64,000 nucleotides of DNA from positions 68,324,001 to 68,388,000 of the forward strand of contig NC_135823.1 of the NCBI RefSeq assembly GCF_964213995.1, read 5' to 3'. The stretch's first letter is position 1, and each line of letters begins with the position of its first letter. Under the pieces are notes generated by a model that worked only from the letters and a program-made list of their open reading frames with translations, did not search any database and had not been told where the DNA came from. Source of the stretch: Mustelus asterias. Its lineage: Eukaryota. Below, one piece after another: positions 1 through 12,229 of the stretch. Both the position numbers and the translations under genes were made by a program.

Positions 1-59
1 TTTTTGTCTTTTTCCAAAATATTCCAAACCAAATTGGTGCTTTGAATTTTCAAAACGTG

Positions 60-356
60 AGAATCCTACAGAAGGAGGCCATTGGGCCCATTGAGTCTGC
101 TCCGACCACAATCCTACCCCAAGCCCTATTCCCATAATCCCATGCACTTACCCTAGCTAGTCCCCCTGACACTAAGGGACAATCCACCTAACCCGCACAT
201 CTTTGGACTGTGGGAGGAAACCGGAGCACCCAGAGAAAACCCACGCAGACACGGGGAGAACGTGCAAACTCCACACAGACAGTGACCCAAGCTGGAAATC
301 GAACCCGGGTCTCTGGAGCTGTGAGGCAGTAGTGCTAACCACTGTGCCACCCGAGG
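60..356 (-). mobile_element. tRNA-derived V-SINE (HE1-like), CR1-type tail
   Basis: Reverse strand has A-box (GGTGGCACAGTGGTTAG), B-box (GGGTTCGATT), V-domain (GTCTGTGTGGAGTTTGCACGTTCTCCCCGTGTCTGCGTGGG) and a tail ending ATGGCCTCCTTCTG..GGATTC. Confidence 0.85.
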
Positions 357-483
357 CATTACTTGGGGCAGGTTTCATGTTTAAGATATTTAACAGCTCC
401 TTCTCTTCAATTCTGAAATAAATTTGACCTCAAAGGCAGTCAGATAACACCTGTGGTCCAATAAACCTGTGATTTATTTTATT

Positions 484-663
484 GGTCAAGATTCTCTGGC
501 CTCCCCTCAGCGATTTTCTCGGTGGTGGGAGGCAGCACGCCTTCAGCCGGTGCTGGGAGCCTCTGGCCCCGTCGCTGTCAATGGGAATTCCCATTGAAGT
601 CACCTTGTGCTGCCGGGAAACCCAGAGAACCCCGCTGACGTGATCGGCCGGAGAACTCCAGTC
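484..663. mobile_element. MITE (Harbinger-like non-autonomous DNA element)
   Basis: Imperfect terminal inverted repeats ggtcaagattctctggcc / ggccggagaactccagtc and a central palindrome aatgggaattcccatt; related to copies at 27239 and 30327. Confidence 0.55.
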
Positions 664-2277
664 AATGACATTTGAGGGGAAGGGAGGGATCAGGATATTG
701 AATTTGATGATCAGCCGTGGTCAAAATGAATGGCGGAGCAGGCTCGAAGGGCTTCTAGTTTCTATGTTTCTGTTTAAGAAAGTGAAATGAATGTTTTTGT
801 TTAGTAAGAATGACCTTCTTTCTTAGCTGAAAAAAAATCAAACAGAACCTTTTTATCACAAGTGATTTAAACCTGGCTGGAAGATGAACCTGGTTTATTG
901 GATTCCTTCTTATTATGACCCCGTTTTTCACTCAAAAAAACTGTTCAGAAATATTTCTCGAGAAAGACAGCGGATAGGCAGCAGATCATACGCCAGTAGA
1001 ATGTCACTGCACAAAGCACACATCGCAAAATCGCAGGTCTATGATTTTCTGTCCATTTGCATTAATGAACAGAAAGTCCTGGTCAGTGCGCAAAGCTTCA
1101 ATGTTGCAGCCAAGTGTTTTTTTAGATAAGAATGTAGAAACTGCAAATGCTGAACTTTTTAGGACTTACTGAGATAACCTTTGATGGCTTATGGAAATCT
1201 CTGTTTACTAAAGGCTACATGAGTTGGTAAACACACTAGTAGTACTCCAAAAATTTAAGCTCACCACTTGTGGACAATGGCTATCACCAGGGAAAGTAGT
1301 AGGGTTGCTAATGATCTAAAATGTGCCACAGATAGGTTTAGGGAGGAGGCAATTCGGTAAGTGAAGTTCTAAACTCGATTGTCCCAAGGCTGGTCTGTGT
1401 CTTCCAGGACCACCGCACAATTCCATAGATTGGCATCTGAAACCCAAGGGATATCCCCAATTCATAGAAAACGTACAGTGCAGAAAGAGGCCATTCAACC
1501 CATCGAGTGTGCACTGACTCTCCAAATACGCATCTTACCCAGGATCTCCACACCGTCCTATCCTATTCCAAAGCATCCTAATTGAATATTAATGGACCTA
1601 ATGCTCTTTAGAACATAGAAATCAAGGCAAAAAGCAGGAAATCCTCATGTGTGTCTGGAATAACTTTCCTGAAGAAAATGCATTGTGCTACTGTATTCAA
1701 GGGGTGTTTATTGCATGTTACATGTATGACAAGTGAAAGTTTAAGCAAAGACAAATTTCCAAGTATAATTTTTGTGTTTTAATCAATTTTAAATGCTTAC
1801 GTCTTTTATTTACTCAAAAGTAATGATTATTCAAATATTCCTTCCACCTTTCGTTCATAACATCCATTCTTAATCATCAATGTCAGTATTTGTGTAATTT
1901 GTACATAACTATCTATTCATTCAGCGTATTATACCATCAAAACATGTCAAATTGCAATTTTACTTCATTCGTACCTCCTCTTGCATTTTCTCTCTAAATG
2001 TCAACTGTGTACATGAAGTTCTAATGAACCCAAGGAAATGAAAATTAAATATATAAATGTCCAAGCAATTTCCTTCATCATTTCATTTTGAAGTAACTGT
2101 ACAAGTTTATCAGGAGGTCAAAGTAATAAACACCACCTAGGCTTTTATTAAACACCTCAGTCTGTGGTCTTGGCACTTTAATAAGCACAGCTGTTGTTTA
2201 ACACATTTTATATTTGTGACAAATGGTGGTTACTGCGTAATCCTCAATCTCGTATCAAAACCCTGACTCCAGATGGT

Positions 2278-2368
2278 GGGAGAGGTAGAGAGGGAGAGGA
2301 AGGGAAGGAGGGAAAGGAGAGAGAGAGAGAGAGAGGTGAGACAGCAGTGAGAGAGGCGAGGGAGAGAA
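2278..2368 (+). repeat. Purine-rich (GA) low-complexity tract
   Basis: gagggagaggaagggaaggag...gagagagagaga. Confidence 0.8.
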
Positions 2369-2469
2369 GCTTTGTAGTCTGTATATCATATAACTTGCTT
2401 CTTTTAATTCTTTGAGAGCAAAGGAGAGCTTTCAGAATCAAAACCAACACTCTATTTCTCTTACACGGT

Positions 2470-2737
2470 GACCTTCTTCCATCTGGAAAAAGATACAGAA
2501 GTCTGAGGTCACGTACCAACTGACTCAAGAACAGCTTCTTCCCTGCCAGACTTTTGAATGGACCTACCTCACATTAAGTTGATCTTTCTCTACACCCTAG
2601 CTGTGACTGTAATGCTACATTCTGCACTCTCTCCTTTCCTTCTCTATGAACGGTATGCTTTGTCTGTATAGCATGAAAAAAACAATATTTTTCACTGTAT
2701 GCTAATACATGTGACAATAATAAATCAAGTCGAATCA
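2470..2737 (+). mobile_element. Rex1/Babar-clade LINE 3' fragment
   Basis: Encodes LLPSGKRYRSLRSRT..LKNSFFP, followed by a 3'UTR ending gtgacaataataaatcaa; same family at 5520, 28578, 38077, 44346, 47347, 54862, 55575 and 61465. Confidence 0.8.
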
Positions 2738-3149
2738 TACATTTGAGCAGAGCAGATTAAAACTTATACATTTTCAACGTAACAGATTTAAGAGTGAGTG
2801 AATCCAGCCTTCTATAGCGGGTTTGGAAGAATTACAGTTAAGCAGATTTTCTTTTCCGAGCTCAAACTGTATTGTTTACATCAGGATATTCTACTGCGTG
2901 AACCAAGCAGGACGAGTACTGTGTCCCCGGAACTCAAGGTGAATATAAATTAAAAATGACCACATGCTTCCTGAAGGATTAGGATCCAGTGTCATGGCAA
3001 ACACATGGCACAGTTAAACTACCTCATGCCAAGGATTCAGAATGTCTGGAGAACTGTACCCTTCTTAGAAATGACTCCATCCATTACGAACTGAACATAC
3101 TGCTCCTAAGATCATTACGAATTCTAATTTAGATGTTGTTATCACCACA

Positions 3150-3437
3150 TAGAACAGGCCCTTCGGCCCACAATGTGCCGAACATGACGCCAAATTAAAC
3201 TAATCCCTTCTGCCTGTCTTTGGTCCGTATGCCTCTATTCCTTGCATATTCATGTGCTTATCTAAAAGCCCCTTACACATCCCTGTTGTATCTGCCTCCA
3301 CCACCCCTGGCAGCACGTTCCAGATACCTACCACTCTCTGTGTAAAAAATAACTTGCCCCTCACATCTCCTTTGAACTTTCCCCCTTTCATCTTAAGTGC
3401 ATGCCCCTTAGCATTAGACATTTCAGCTCTGGGTAAA
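3150..3437 (-). mobile_element. CR1 LINE 3' fragment
   Basis: ORF 3200..3421 GHALKMKGGKFKGDVRGKLFFTQRVVGIWN is the typical CR1 ORF2 C-terminus. Confidence 0.85.
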
Positions 3438-4167
3438 AGTAATCTATTTTCTGTAAATTAAGATAATGCCAGGGGAGAACCATATTATATCGGCTGTAAA
3501 AAAATGAAACTTTTGTTTTTTAAACAGATAAAATAGACAATTCGGCAACCATCTTTCAACGTCATTTTGCCCTTAAATCAATTATTGAAAGACCGCCAAA
3601 GTCACAATGGCTTTCTAAACCTCAGTGGCAAACTTTTAAGCGGTTGAAATAGGACTGTCGTAATCTGAGTGACAATTACAAACTGCCAGACAAAATTATG
3701 AATCTGTTAACTTGTGATAAATCACTGTTATATAAATAGGGACACAACACTAAGCTTCACTGAATTCTTGACACACCGCAATCCCTCTGGTTGGATTTGG
3801 TATTCCAATTTTTGCAGATTTTTCATTTTATGCAGACTTAAAACAACGTGCTTTACTGTGCAGTAAACATCATTTCAGTATTACAAGCCAACATTTAACA
3901 TTTTTATTGGAATTTTGCCATGAATATACGACACTTAATGTCTCTGACCAAAATATGACTGTTTCAACGCAGAAAATTGTGAGCTACTGCCTCTGCCGCA
4001 AAGGTTCGCCGTGCCTAGGTAGGTGATGATCACCCTTGGTCGTGGGAAAGATCATGATAAAATGAAATGCCAGCAAATTTTGCTGATCTCGGGATAATGA
4101 GAGAAGCATGAAAACAGCTCAACTTTTTGGAAAAATGCACTTAATTGTTAGAAATACCAGACAATGG

Positions 4168-4470
4168 GTCGGCACGGTGGCACAGTGGGTAGCCCTGCTG
4201 CCTTCCAGTGCCAGGGACCTGGGTTCGATTCCCAGCTCGGGTCACTGTCGATGTGGAGTCTGCACGTTCTCCTCGTGTCTGCGTGGGTTTCCTCCGGGCG
4301 CTCCGATTTCCTCCCACAGTCCAAAGACATTCTGGTTAGGTACATTGGCCATGCTAAATTCTCCCTCAGTGTACCCGAACAGGCACCGGAATGTGGCGAC
4401 TGGGGGATTTTCACAGTAACTTCATTGCAGTGTTAATGTAAGCCTAGTTGTGACTAATAAATAAACTTTA
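4168..4470 (+). mobile_element. V-SINE with alternative (type 2) tail
   Basis: A/B boxes and V-domain, then tail ...ggattttcacagtaacttcattgcagtgttaatgtaagcc..tgtgactaataaataaacttt. Confidence 0.85.
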
Positions 4471-4834
4471 TGAAGAGTTATCCCAGTCAAATCCAACCAT
4501 TCCCATATATAGCTGAGATAATATAAGCTACGTAAACACACAAAACCATTTAAGCAGATCAAAGCAGTGGTTTCTATTGTCCAGCTCCTGCAGACTGACT
4601 TCAGTTGTGCTCTATGAATCGAAGTTGAAGAAATTCAAGTTTAAGATTATTGTTCCAGGGATAATTCAATAAGTCTACACTTGTTTAGGTCGATTTTTGT
4701 TTAGTGAGGATAAATAGATAAAGAGATACTTCTGACCCTGCAGCATGAAGGTGCAATGTTTGAATAAGTGTGACCATTCAAGGACCTGGCATCAGGAAGA
4801 GGGAGCCTTGCAGGAAGCCACCGCTCCACCCCAG

Positions 4835-5163
4835 AACATTAGCTGAAACTCAGTTAATGTTCTGGGGACCTGGGTCCGAATCCTGCCACGGCAGCTGGTG
4901 GAATTTGAATTCAATAAAAAATACCTGGGATTAAGAATCTGCTGATGACCATGAAACCATTGTCGATTGTCGAAAGAACCCACCTGGTTCATTAATGTCC
5001 TTCAGGGAAGGAAATCTGCCGTCCTTACCTGGTCTGGCCTACATGTGACTCCAGAGCCACAGCAATGTGGTTGATTCTCAACTGCCCTCTAAGAGCAACG
5101 AGGGATGGGCAATAAATGCTGGCCAGCCAGCGACGCCCATGTCCCACGAATAAATAAAATAAA
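4835..5163 (+). mobile_element. Second tRNA-derived SINE family (family B)
   Basis: B-box-like gggtccgaatcc, body ggaaggaaatctgccgtccttacctggtctggcctacatgtgactccag, tail gggatgggcaataaatgctggccagccagcgacgcccat; six copies in the window. Confidence 0.75.
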
Positions 5164-5519
5164 CCCTCCTCCCAATGACCACGCCCCCGCCGCCCTGGAA
5201 TCACTATCCCACCCACACACACACCTCTATCTGGGGACTGACCCATCGGCAATCCTCAAGGCAGGCACCACTTTATTACCATTCCCAGTGGGATAACGCA
5301 GCATTACCCATCACATTGATTTCATTCTTCACATTTCTTCAGGTTTACAGGAGAGGCACAGAGAATTACCACTTAAACGATTGGTCAAAGGTTCGGGACT
5401 GTCACTCCTGGAATACAGCTTTGTAACTGGGATAAGGTGCTGCCTGATGCCAACACTAAGAACAATGGGACACGGATAGGACTATATAGTCTTTCAACAA
5501 AAGTGGCCTGCAGTCCAAA

Positions 5520-5880
5520 CCCAGCCTCCCATCCATTGACTCTGTCTACACTTCCCGCTGCCTCGGAAAAGCAGCCAGCATAATTAAGGACCCCACGCAC
5601 CCTGGACACACTCTCTTCCACCTGGGAAAAAGATACAAAAGTCTGAGATCACGGACCAACCGACTCAAGAACAGCTTCTTCCCTGCTGCTGTCAGACTTT
5701 TGAATGGACTTACCTCGCATTAAGTTGATCTTTCTCTACACCCTAGCTATGACTGTAACACTACATTCTGCACTCTCTCGTTTCCTTCTCTATGAACAGT
5801 ATGCTTTGTCTGTATAACATGCAAGAAACAATACTTTTCACTGTATGTTAATACACGTGACAATAATAAATCAAATCAAA
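5520..5880 (+). mobile_element. Rex1/Babar LINE 3' fragment
   Basis: SLPSIDSVYTSRCLGKAASIIKDPTHPG followed by an (aaatc)n tail. Confidence 0.85.
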
Positions 5881-6039
5881 ACTGAAAAGTTTCAAGGAAT
5901 TATTCTCCACATATTACTGGGAACAATAACAATAACACATCAATAACAGAAGTGTGATTTTAGAAAAAAAAAAATTACATCGAATCAAACTTTTACTGCC
6001 CTTTACCGTTAAAAGCTTAGATCAAACAGAACTTAAGGA

Positions 6040-6352
6040 TAGAATCATAGAATCCCTACAGTGTAGAAGGAGGCCATTTGGCCCATTGAGCACAATCCCA
6101 CCCAGGCCTTATTCCCAAACCCCTCATATTTACCCTGCTAATCCCCTTGACAAAAGGGTCAATTTAGCATGGCCAATCAACACAATCCGCACATCTTTGG
6201 TGTGTGGGTGGAAACCGGAAACCCGGAGGAAACCCACACCGACACGGGGAGAATGTGCAAACTCCACACAGACAGTGCGCCGAGGCCAGAATTGAACCTG
6301 GGTCCCTGGTGCTGTGAGGCAGCAGTGCTAACCACTGTGCTGCTGGGCCGCC
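6040..6352 (-). mobile_element. V-SINE (HE1-like)
   Basis: Same consensus as 60-356. Confidence 0.85.
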
Positions 6353-6489
6353 CAAAGATATTTGCAGAAAAGATCAAAGTCACAGAAATGATTACTTCAA
6401 TTACTATTTTGTTCAGAAATAGTCAACAGCATGTGGGCAAAAGCTAATTTAGAATGTAATTATCTTTTAATTTTATTGTTTTTTTCTCC

Positions 6490-7350
6490 ATTCTTTTTTT
6501 TATTTGTTTGCAGAGTATGGGCGTTGCTGGCTAGGCCAATATCTAATGCCTACCTCTAACTGCCCTTGAGAAGCTTGAAGCTTCTTGAACTGCAGCAGTC
6601 TATGTGGTGTAGGTACACCCACAGTGCTTTGGGACAGAGTTCCAGAATTCTGACCCAGTGACAGTGAAGGAAAAGTGATGAATTTCCAAGTCAGGATGGT
6701 GAGCGGCTTGGAAGGGTGGTGCTCCCAGGTATCTGCTACCCTTGTCCTCCTAGATGATAATGGTCACAAGTTTGGAAGATGCTTTCAAAGGAACCTTGGT
6801 GAGTTGCTGCAATGCATCTTGTAGATGGTACACGCTGCTGCCACTGTTCATTGGTGGTAGACGGTGTGAATATTTAAGGTGGTGGTTGGGGTGTCAATCA
6901 AGTGGGTTGCTTTGTCCTGGATGGCCTTGAATTTCTTGAGTTTTGTTGGAGCCACACTCATCCAGGCAAGTGGAAGTATTCCATTACATTCCTGGCGGCA
7001 CAGTAGCACAGTGGTTAGCACTACTGCCTCACAGTGCCAGGGACCCGGGTTCAATTCTCGGCTTGGGTCACTGTCTGTGTGGAGTTTGCACATTCTCCCC
7101 GTGTCTGCGTGGGTTTCCTCCGGGTGCTCCGGTTTCCTTCCACATTCTGAAAGATGTGCTGGTTAGGTGCAATGACCCGAATATGCAGCGGACTGTGGTG
7201 ACTAGGGGAATTTCACAGTAACTTAATTGCAGTGTTAATGTAAGCCTTACTTGTGACTAATAAATAATAAACTTTATAAGCTTAAACTGACTTATGCCTT
7301 GTAGATGATGGACAGAGTTTGGGGAGTAAGGAAGTGAGCTACTTGCCCTA
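6490..7350 (-). mobile_element. CR1/L2-group LINE 3' fragment interrupted by a V-SINE
   Basis: Minus-strand peptide LPLAWMSVAPTKLKKFKAIQDKATHLIDTP...TVAAACTIYKMHCSNSPR resembles an ORF2 C-terminus; 3' end near 6490; exact clade uncertain. Confidence 0.65.
6993..7276 (+). mobile_element. V-SINE, type 2 tail (nested in LINE)
   Basis: Consensus head and tail; the LINE resumes on both sides. Confidence 0.85.
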
Positions 7351-7512
7351 GAGTATACTGTCTTCTTAAGAATGGAATTGTACTTTGTTAAAGACCACAT
7401 TCCACAAAATTCCTTGCAATACATCACTTTCTTCCATTATACATAAGGTGAAAGCTGAGTAAATTACACTTTATGACTGAGGAATGCAAACCTTAACAGA
7501 TAACCATTACCT

Positions 7513-7824
7513 AAAGTTTAAAGTTTATTTATTTGTGTCACAAGTAGGCTTACATTAACACTGCAATGAAGTTACTGCGAAAATCCCTTAGTTGCCACAC
7601 TCCGGTGTGTGTTCGGGTAGACTGAGGGAGAATTTAGCATGGCCAATACACCTAACCAGCACGTCTTTCAGACTGTGGGAGGAAACAGGAGCATCTGGAG
7701 AAAACTCCACGCAGACACGGGGAGAATGTGCAGACTCCACATAGACAGCGACCCAAGCTGGGAATCGAACTTGGATCCCTGGTGCTATGAGGCAGCAGTG
7801 TTAACCACTGTGCCACCGTGCCGC
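7513..7824 (-). mobile_element. V-SINE, type 2 tail
   Basis: Consensus match on the reverse strand. Confidence 0.85.
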
Positions 7825-8624
7825 ACCTAACATGTGACTAGCTGTTTCGCAAGTTCATATTTAATGTTGGTGTCATTTGACTGGACAAATCATATTTTTG
7901 GAAATTGGATAAAGTTAAAGTACTTGTCACTGTCTTTTTTCAAGTAAAAGAACCAAATGTAATTTCAAAGTGAATTAGCTGTTGGGAAAAAAAACCCAGG
8001 CAGAGTTACAATCTGCTGAGATGACAAGTCGATTAGACCAAAACAGTCCATACTTGCAGCACACTCTAGCTCCAAGCTCAGTCGGAGTGCTGATTGAGAA
8101 TCAGAAAAGGAGACTTGGACTTCATGGTGCTGAATTCTAACCTTGAGCAGTAGTTCCTTGAGTGGGTGATCCACCAGAACCAAATAAGACCATTAAAGCA
8201 GATGGCCAGGGCAAGGCCTTTAGTTCCTACTTGCCCAGCTCCAGAATGGGTCGACCAGGATTGGTTGACATTATTAGGAAACTTTCTTCAGGTGTCACCA
8301 TCTTATAAAGGGGCCAAGGATAAAATAATTCTGGTAAAGCGAACGTTCAAATGGGTCAACAGTGGATAACCAAATATTTGGATTTTGGAAATAATTCGGT
8401 GCTTTAAATTTACTCCAAGTGGTAGAGATGCCCATAGGGACATTCAGACGAAGCCACCACTCCCTGATTGTGCATTCTCTGCAGGCTCAGGTCACTAATG
8501 CGCACAATCCCAGCACAGCTGTCAGGATTGCTTACCTTCGGGTTCCCTGTGCCAATATTTTTGAGATACTGTATTTCTATGTACAAATTATACATTACAA
8601 CATAGACATTTTCAAAATAAAGAT

Positions 8625-9214
8625 TAAAGTTAATTTTTTAGTGTCACAAGTAGGGCTTCCATTAACAGCATGGTGGCATAATGGTTAGCACCGCTGCCTC
8701 ACAGCGCCAGGGACCCGGGTTCAATTCCAACCTCGGTCACTGTCTGTGTGGAGTTTGCACATTCTCCCTGTGTCTGTGTGGGTTTCCCCCGGGTGCTCCG
8801 GTTTCTCCCACAGTCCAAAGATGTGCGGGTTAGGTGGATTGGCTGTGCTATAATTGCCCTTAGTGTCAGGGGATTAGGAAGGTAAATGTGTAGGGCTACG
8901 GAGATAGGGCCTGGGTGGGATTGTGGTCGGTGCAGACTCGATGGGCCGAATGGCCTCCTTCTGCGCTGTAGGGATTCTATAATTTTACAACACTGCAATG
9001 AAGTTACTGTGAAAATCCCCTAGTCACCACACTCCAGCGCCTGTTCGGGTACCCGGAGGGAGAATTTAGCAGGGCCAATGCACCTAAGCGGCACATCTTT
9101 TGGACTGTGGGAGGAAACGGGGAGAAGGTGCAGACTCCGCACCAAGTTTCCCAAGCCGGGAATCGAACCCGGGTCCCTTGCGCTGTGAGGCAGCAGCACT
9201 AACCACTATGCCAC
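8625..9214 (-). mobile_element. V-SINE type 2 (-) with a nested HE1-type V-SINE (+, about 8668-8985)
   Basis: The type 2 tail is split at cattaaca|...|aacactgcaatgaag by an opposite-orientation SINE. Confidence 0.8.
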
Positions 9215-9859
9215 CAAGAAAGAATTGAGTACATTTGGAGAAAATGTGTTTTTTTTTAATGGTCCCCTCAAACTGATTTTGTTCATTGCATTCTTGTGCA
9301 ATGGCAGGATAAAAATTAATAGATTTGTGTGGGAGGATTCACCAGGTGAGCAACTAAAATAACCAGAATCTCTTGTGTGTGTGAATATGCAGTCATCTAA
9401 AACGATCAAATATCAAATGGAAAATATATAAAGAGAAAAACAAATCAAGATAATTGTTTGGAAGGGGATGTGATTTGTCCTTTAAACTGTAATCACTTCT
9501 ATGAGAAAGTTTAATGGCAGTAAATTATATTAGTAATGCATTGGCTTCCTTTCTCTCTGTGTGAATCATACTGTTCCCTATTTTTGTCAGTGGAATGGAC
9601 AAATAAATTATTTTATTACTCCACTGAACCACCCCATTCATCTTCATTTTCAATTGGCTGTGGAAAGAAAGTTAATCACAATTACAGCAGAGCTTTGTTA
9701 TCCCGTGAAAGCAAAGGTTTGGAATAATTAGTCTACCTGACTGCATCTTTATCTCCAAATGTCAAATGCATTCCTTTGCCCTGTGCTGGCTAAACTACAC
9801 TGTTTCCTGGTCTAGCGAGGTTTTGATTTTTAAATTCTTATTCTTATTTTTCTTATAGC

Positions 9860-10162
9860 TTCACCCACCACTATCCATGTGGCCTCGTACGGTCCGACAC
9901 CCCTCTGGGATCTCTGCTTCTCCATACTGGCCCCCAGCGCATCCCCTTTTCTCAATAATTTCATCAATGATTTAATCTGCTTCAGCCCAAAACTCTAGAA
10001 GTCCTTCCCTTAAACTCTGCGCCTCATTCCCTCCTCCAAACTTCTCTCTTTAATCAAGCCTTTTGTCAGAGAGGCTCAGTGTCAATTTGATCACATTCCT
10101 GTGAAGCACCTTGGGACGTTTTACTACGTTAAAAGTGCTATATGAATGTAAGTAGTTGTTGT
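9860..10162 (+). mobile_element. L2 LINE 3' end (old)
   Basis: Terminal tgtgaagcaccttgggacgttttactacgttaaaagtgctatatgaatgtaagtagttgttgt resembles the L2 stem-loop tail. Confidence 0.6.
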
Positions 10163-10252
10163 AAATATGCAAAACTATGCAGTGGGAAATAGTTAAAAGC
10201 TTTTATTTCTTGCTAAAGCAGAAACGAACAGAAAAATAAATCGGTTGTTGGG

Positions 10253-10650
10253 GGGAGGGGGCATTGTGGTATTGTCACTGAACTAGTAATCCAGAGAGCC
10301 AGGATAATGTTCTGGGGACCCGGGTTCAAATCTCACCATAGCAGATGGTGAAATCTGAATTCAATAAAAATCTGTATTTAAAAGTCTGATGATGATCATG
10401 ATGATTACTGTGTTTACCCCAGTCCAACACCGGCATCTCCACATGATGATCATGAAACCATTGTCAATTGTTGTAAAAACCCATCTGGTTCACTAATGTC
10501 CTTTAGGGAAGGAAATCTGCCGTCCTTACCCGGTCTGGCCTACATATGCCAGATCCACAGCAATGTGGTTGACTCTTAATTGCTCTCAGGGATGGGCAGT
10601 AAATGCCCAGCCAGTGACGCCCACATCCCATGAACAAACAAAATAAAACA
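10253..10650 (+). mobile_element. SINE family B with a tiny PLE-end insertion (about 10406-10444)
   Basis: Family B consensus interrupted by tactgtgtttaccccagtccaacaccggcatctccacat, flanked by duplicated gatgatcatga. Confidence 0.75.
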
Positions 10651-10777
10651 ACATTGTCTTGTCTTCCTGTGAATAAATATTCTGTTCAAAAGTTAAGGGA
10701 TCACTTGCGTTCTCTTCCTATGATTTCTTTTATTCATTCATGGGACATGGACATCGCAGGCTGGCCAGCATTTATTA

Positions 10778-10985
10778 TGTGGAGATGCCGGAGTTGAACT
10801 GGGGTAAGCACAGTAAGAAGTTTCACCACACCAGGTTAAAGTCCAACAGGTTTATTTGGTAGCACAAGCTTTCGGAGTGTCACTCCTTCTCCAGGTGAGT
10901 CACCTGAAGAAGGAGTGACACTCTGAAAGCTTGTGCTACCAAATAAACCTGTTGGACTTTAACCTGGTGTGGTGAGACTTCTTAC
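10778..10985. mobile_element. Non-autonomous PLE terminus in inverted-dimer form
   Basis: 86-bp arms (10813-10898 / 10900-10985, 3 mismatches) matching the terminus of the PLE at 14288; flanking duplication agcatttatt / agcgtttatt. Confidence 0.8.
10901..10935 (+). ncRNA. Minimal type I hammerhead ribozyme motif (PLE-associated)
   Basis: CAC-CUGAAGA-A-GGAGU-GAC-ACUCU-GAAA-GC-UU-GUG: conserved core, stem II, palindromic AAGCUU in place of stem III, and 3-bp stem I CAC/GUG. Confidence 0.65.
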
Positions 10986-12229
10986 AGCGTTTATTGCCCA
11001 TCCCTAGATGTCCGAGGGCAGTTGAGTGTCAACCACATTGCTATGTTTCTGGAGTCACATGTAGGCCAGACCAGGTAAGGATGGCAGATTTTCTTCCTTA
11101 AAGGACATCAGTGAACCAGATGGGTTTTTCCAACAATCAACAATGGTTTCATGGTCATCAGTAGATTCTTAATTCCAGATTTTTTTTATTGAATTCAAAT
11201 TCCACCAGCTGTCATGGCGGGATTGGAACCGGGGTCCCCAGAACATTAGCTGAGTTTCTAGATTAATAGTCTAGCAATAATACCACTAGGCATTCAAAAT
11301 TTAATTGATTACTTGCGTGATCTCCTAAAACAATTTCCATATTCTACTTCTAAATATTATGTGCTTGTTTTTGAGCACAAAGTTTAGAAATGTGTTGTTG
11401 GAAAAAAAGTTCTAAACATTAGCTGTCCAGCAAGGATACAGAGCAACATGAATTCTCATTCAAACTTATTGCTTTTCACACCAAGCAACAAGATTTAAAT
11501 CCCATTATAGCAAAATATAATGATATTCTATTTTTTGCCTTTATGGCAGAACCATTCCTGTTTTTGCCATTTCAATTTTCTGCTATAATTTAAAATTACT
11601 TTCATATCACACAATAATTACAGAAACTGAAATGGTGTGCAATCTTCTGATGTTTTTTATTGAAAAGCAGTATTCCGAAAGGACAAGAAAGCGAACGCTG
11701 GGAAAGCATTGCCCATAGAGAAGGCCTGATAATAAAAGCTGTTTACAATCTACGCTCCCTATTTGAAGGGTCCAATAAATACGATAGCTCTTTATTGCCA
11801 TTGCATTGTCATTAACCACAATCAGGGAATTGGTATCTGCCTTTTGACTGACCTACTGGATTATATTCTGTCCTGCATTTCAACAAATGCTAGTTATTAT
11901 CTATTTAAACCAACATGTCATCCTGTACAACTGAGCAGTTATTAATATATTATACATTTGGTAGCTTAGCAGCCTCCGTAAAGCATTCATTTCACAAAAA
12001 ATAAGTTTCAATAAGGGGGAGTCTTTGGACAAACTGGTGGGTGATGATATAGAGCTTCTCGATTTGTACTAACTGTTTGCAGATTGAAATTCATCATAAG
12101 GAGTGTTTCAATTGAAATCCGTTTTGAATCCGTTATGTTGCACGGACATTCAGAGTCTGTTGGAACAGAAAACCAAAGCAGTTCTCACAGATTCTAAAAC
12201 TCACGCAAAAAGAAGTTGGCATTAAAGAT

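Larger units (their letters stand above)
10722..11290 (-). mobile_element. SINE family B, interrupted by a PLE hairpin
   Basis: Reverse-complement family B consensus on both sides of 10778-10985. Confidence 0.75.

Noticed and set aside
153-421. Recurrent short ORFs of the type VAQWLALLPHSARDPGSIPGLGHCLCGVCTFSP
   Set aside because: Translations of V-SINE copies, not proteins.
884-1129. 81-aa ORF in unique sequence
   Set aside because: No recognisable domain or convincing splice context; the length is compatible with chance.
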